A stretch of DNA of 64,000 bases from Candidatus Zhuqueibacterota bacterium. Its GTDB lineage: Bacteria > Zhuqueibacterota > Zhuqueibacteria > Thermofontimicrobiales > Thermofontimicrobiaceae. Shown here in pieces: positions 62,193 through 64,000 of the stretch. The position numbers were made by a program, and so were the translations under genes. The first letter of the stretch is position 1; every line of letters begins with the position of its first letter. Under the pieces are notes generated by a model. The model had not been told where the DNA came from, searched no databases, and was given only the letters and a program-made list of their open reading frames with translations. The stretch is from positions 127,850 through 191,849 of the forward strand of contig JBMOPW010000044.1 in assembly GCA_049322915.1 (NCBI GenBank), in the 5' to 3' direction.

Positions 62193-63476
62193 TTACAGTC
62201 CGAAATTATAAACAAAAGCGACGCGGGGAGAAAATCGCTTTTGAGCTTCGTAGGCATTTTTCTCTTCGTTGAACTGGAAGCTGTAAATATAATCCATAAA
62301 GAACATGAGGTAGGGATTAATTTTATACCCCACACCGATCCGGGCGATGGAACGATCGTCGAGCGTGAACGCTTCGTTCAGGGTTTCAATGCCGAACTTA
62401 TCGTATGTTGCCTGTGCAGCTATTTTTGGTATTGCGTCCGGAATGTCCGCTGCGAGATGGAGGATTCCGCTCTGATCCGTATCATCCAGGCGTTGGAAAT
62501 TACCCACGATGTGAAGCGTGTTCAAAACATGCCCGCCTAACTCTCCGAATATGCCTTTCGTGTCCGTCTGAATCATGGCCAGGTTTTCGTCTTTACGATA
62601 GAGCATCCCGTTTTCCATGGGCTGGTAGCGTTGAATTTCATAGAATGCGTCAAAATAAGAGGGCAAAAATTCTTCACCCAATAGTCGACGTTCCAGTTTG
62701 GCCGAGATTTCAGCCACGTTTGCGATGACACTGAGATTCGCTGCAATGCCAAAGGCGGTGCCTGACCCATAGTCTTTAATTTGCGCCACATCGAAGTAGA
62801 CCAGTGTGTTGAACATGGGAACATTGACCAGCGGCAGTTCAATGTCGAGACCGAATTCAGTGATGCCGTCATCCGTGGCGCGCAATCCATCCGGGTCGAC
62901 ATCGGTGACGAAGGTCGCCCCAAACGTCAGGTTTTTGATGATGGGAATATCGATGTAGGGACGCAGGGGTCGGGCAAACCCACGGCCGCCGATGATTTCC
63001 AGCCGCCCCATGTTATTGGTGACAGATTCAAAACCGAACGTCCCGAAATCGATGTCCAGCGCTAAACCGATTTTGCGCTTGTCATAGCTGGCTTCGTTGG
63101 TGTAGTAATTCATGATGAAACCGTGTCCCAACCGATGCGCATCGAGCGCCCCCACGCGGGTGTAGAAATTATCGCCTTTGCGCCCGTAGCGGACGTAACG
63201 AATGAGCCGGGCCCAGTCGTAGCTTTCGTTCCAGTCTTCGCTTCGAATCGCACCATTTTTTGTGTTATACAACAAATTTACATTTAACCCTACGCCGAAC
63301 TTGCCGATAGATATATCTGGACGTAGGTTTATGGTGAAGAATGTCTGATCATCAATGACAGTCATACCCATTGCGCCGGTGAACATTCCGCTGTTTTCAG
63401 CGGGCTGCATGGTTTGTGCAAAAGAAACCGTGGCAAGACCCATAATCAAAATAATGCATTTTATTAATCTGCTCAT
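62193..63476 (-). CDS. Hypothetical exported protein, probable outer-membrane beta-barrel
   Basis: Signal peptide, amphipathic beta strands, LGHGFIMNYY, aromatic C-terminus. Confidence 0.7.
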   Translation of the reverse strand: MSRLIKCIILIMGLATVSFAQTMQPAENSGMFTGAMGMTVIDDQTFFTINLRPDISIGKFGVGLNVNLLYNTKNGAIRSEDWNESYDWARLIRYVRYGRKGDNFYTRVGALDAHRLGHGFIMNYYTNEASYDKRKIGLALDIDFGTFGFESVTNNMGRLEIIGGRGFARPLRPYIDIPIIKNLTFGATFVTDVDPDGLRATDDGITEFGLDIELPLVNVPMFNTLVYFDVAQIKDYGSGTAFGIAANLSVIANVAEISAKLERRLLGEEFLPSYFDAFYEIQRYQPMENGMLYRKDENLAMIQTDTKGIFGELGGHVLNTLHIVGNFQRLDDTDQSGILHLAADIPDAIPKIAAQATYDKFGIETLNEAFTLDDRSIARIGVGYKINPYLMFFMDYIYSFQFNEEKNAYEAQKRFSPRVAFVYNFGL

Positions 63477-63861
63477 TTTTTGCACCCTTTCTGGCTTAGT
63501 AATTAAAACTAATTAGTGAGAGTGCCAGAAATATAGAAATAACATAGAAAAAAGTCAAGTAGTATTTACGGGGGAAATAATTATTCTTGCATGTGCCAAT
63601 TTGCAGTGATAAAGTATTTTACCATAAAATAACAATAACTCAATTGTCTATCAGTAATTTGAGGTTTAAATTATGCATTTTTCCAATTCAAACAGGCTGT
63701 TATTTCTCGGCCCGGGATAACGAGGCGACTTATCGGAGGCGGCCTCGTCGTGAGTTCCAGGGGCGATGCTGCTATTGATTTATCAAACGGGGAAAATTCA
63801 CTGGACTGCGGATGATCGTGCCTTTTGCCTGCCATGGGCAAAAGCGGGAAACGCACCTTGC

Positions 63862-63946
63862 TAACCCGCATTCTTCATTGTATTTTTAAAGGAAGCGGGA
63901 TAACCTGAATGGTGCATAAATTTAAAATTCGAATATAAAACTGAGT
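63862..63946 (+). repeat. Non-coding motif, copy 2 (copy 1 at 3629)
   Basis: 47/54 nt identical to 3629-3682, plus TATAAAACTGAGTT. Confidence 0.75.
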
Positions 63947-64000
63947 TTGATTTTGCATATACATTCACACATTATGAAAACATAATGTTAAGTTGGGCTA

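Overview
Bacterial chromosomal window. Many secreted proteins end in a 'QNYPNPFN...' FlgD-Ig/Por-type tail, which suggests an FCB-group lineage such as KSB1/Calditrichota (inference). Left to right: the 5' part of lexA (missing from the ORF track) with a candidate operator; dcd; a degenerate REC-GGDEF gene; a class IV aminotransferase, terB-like gene and aroC; a Wsp/ACF-type chemosensory operon; GAF and REC-PAS-HisKA genes with flgA/flgN/flgM-like fragments under candidate sigma54 and sigma28 promoters; a DUF1998 helicase; two beta-propeller lipoproteins; a UGA-interrupted (likely selenocysteine) UshA-like tetraheme protein; a cohesin/dockerin protein; MATE; a GWxTD-TPR protein; csp; purQ and purL; a formyltransferase/phosphodiesterase pair with degenerate active sites; a ~13.5 kb accessory array of secreted proteins beside tRNA-Leu(GAG); then secG, tpiA, gap, fba, comF and a probable outer-membrane protein. 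The array is the most unusual part. Three unrelated genes share a ~95% identical 261-bp C-terminal module. Two FG-GAP paralogs switch tails exactly at the QNYPN codons. Orphan tail remnants precede both paralogs. A 29-nt leader with a terminator-like hairpin occurs three times. A gingipain-like protease is split into separate propeptide and catalytic genes. All calls come from reading motifs by eye; no database searches were run.
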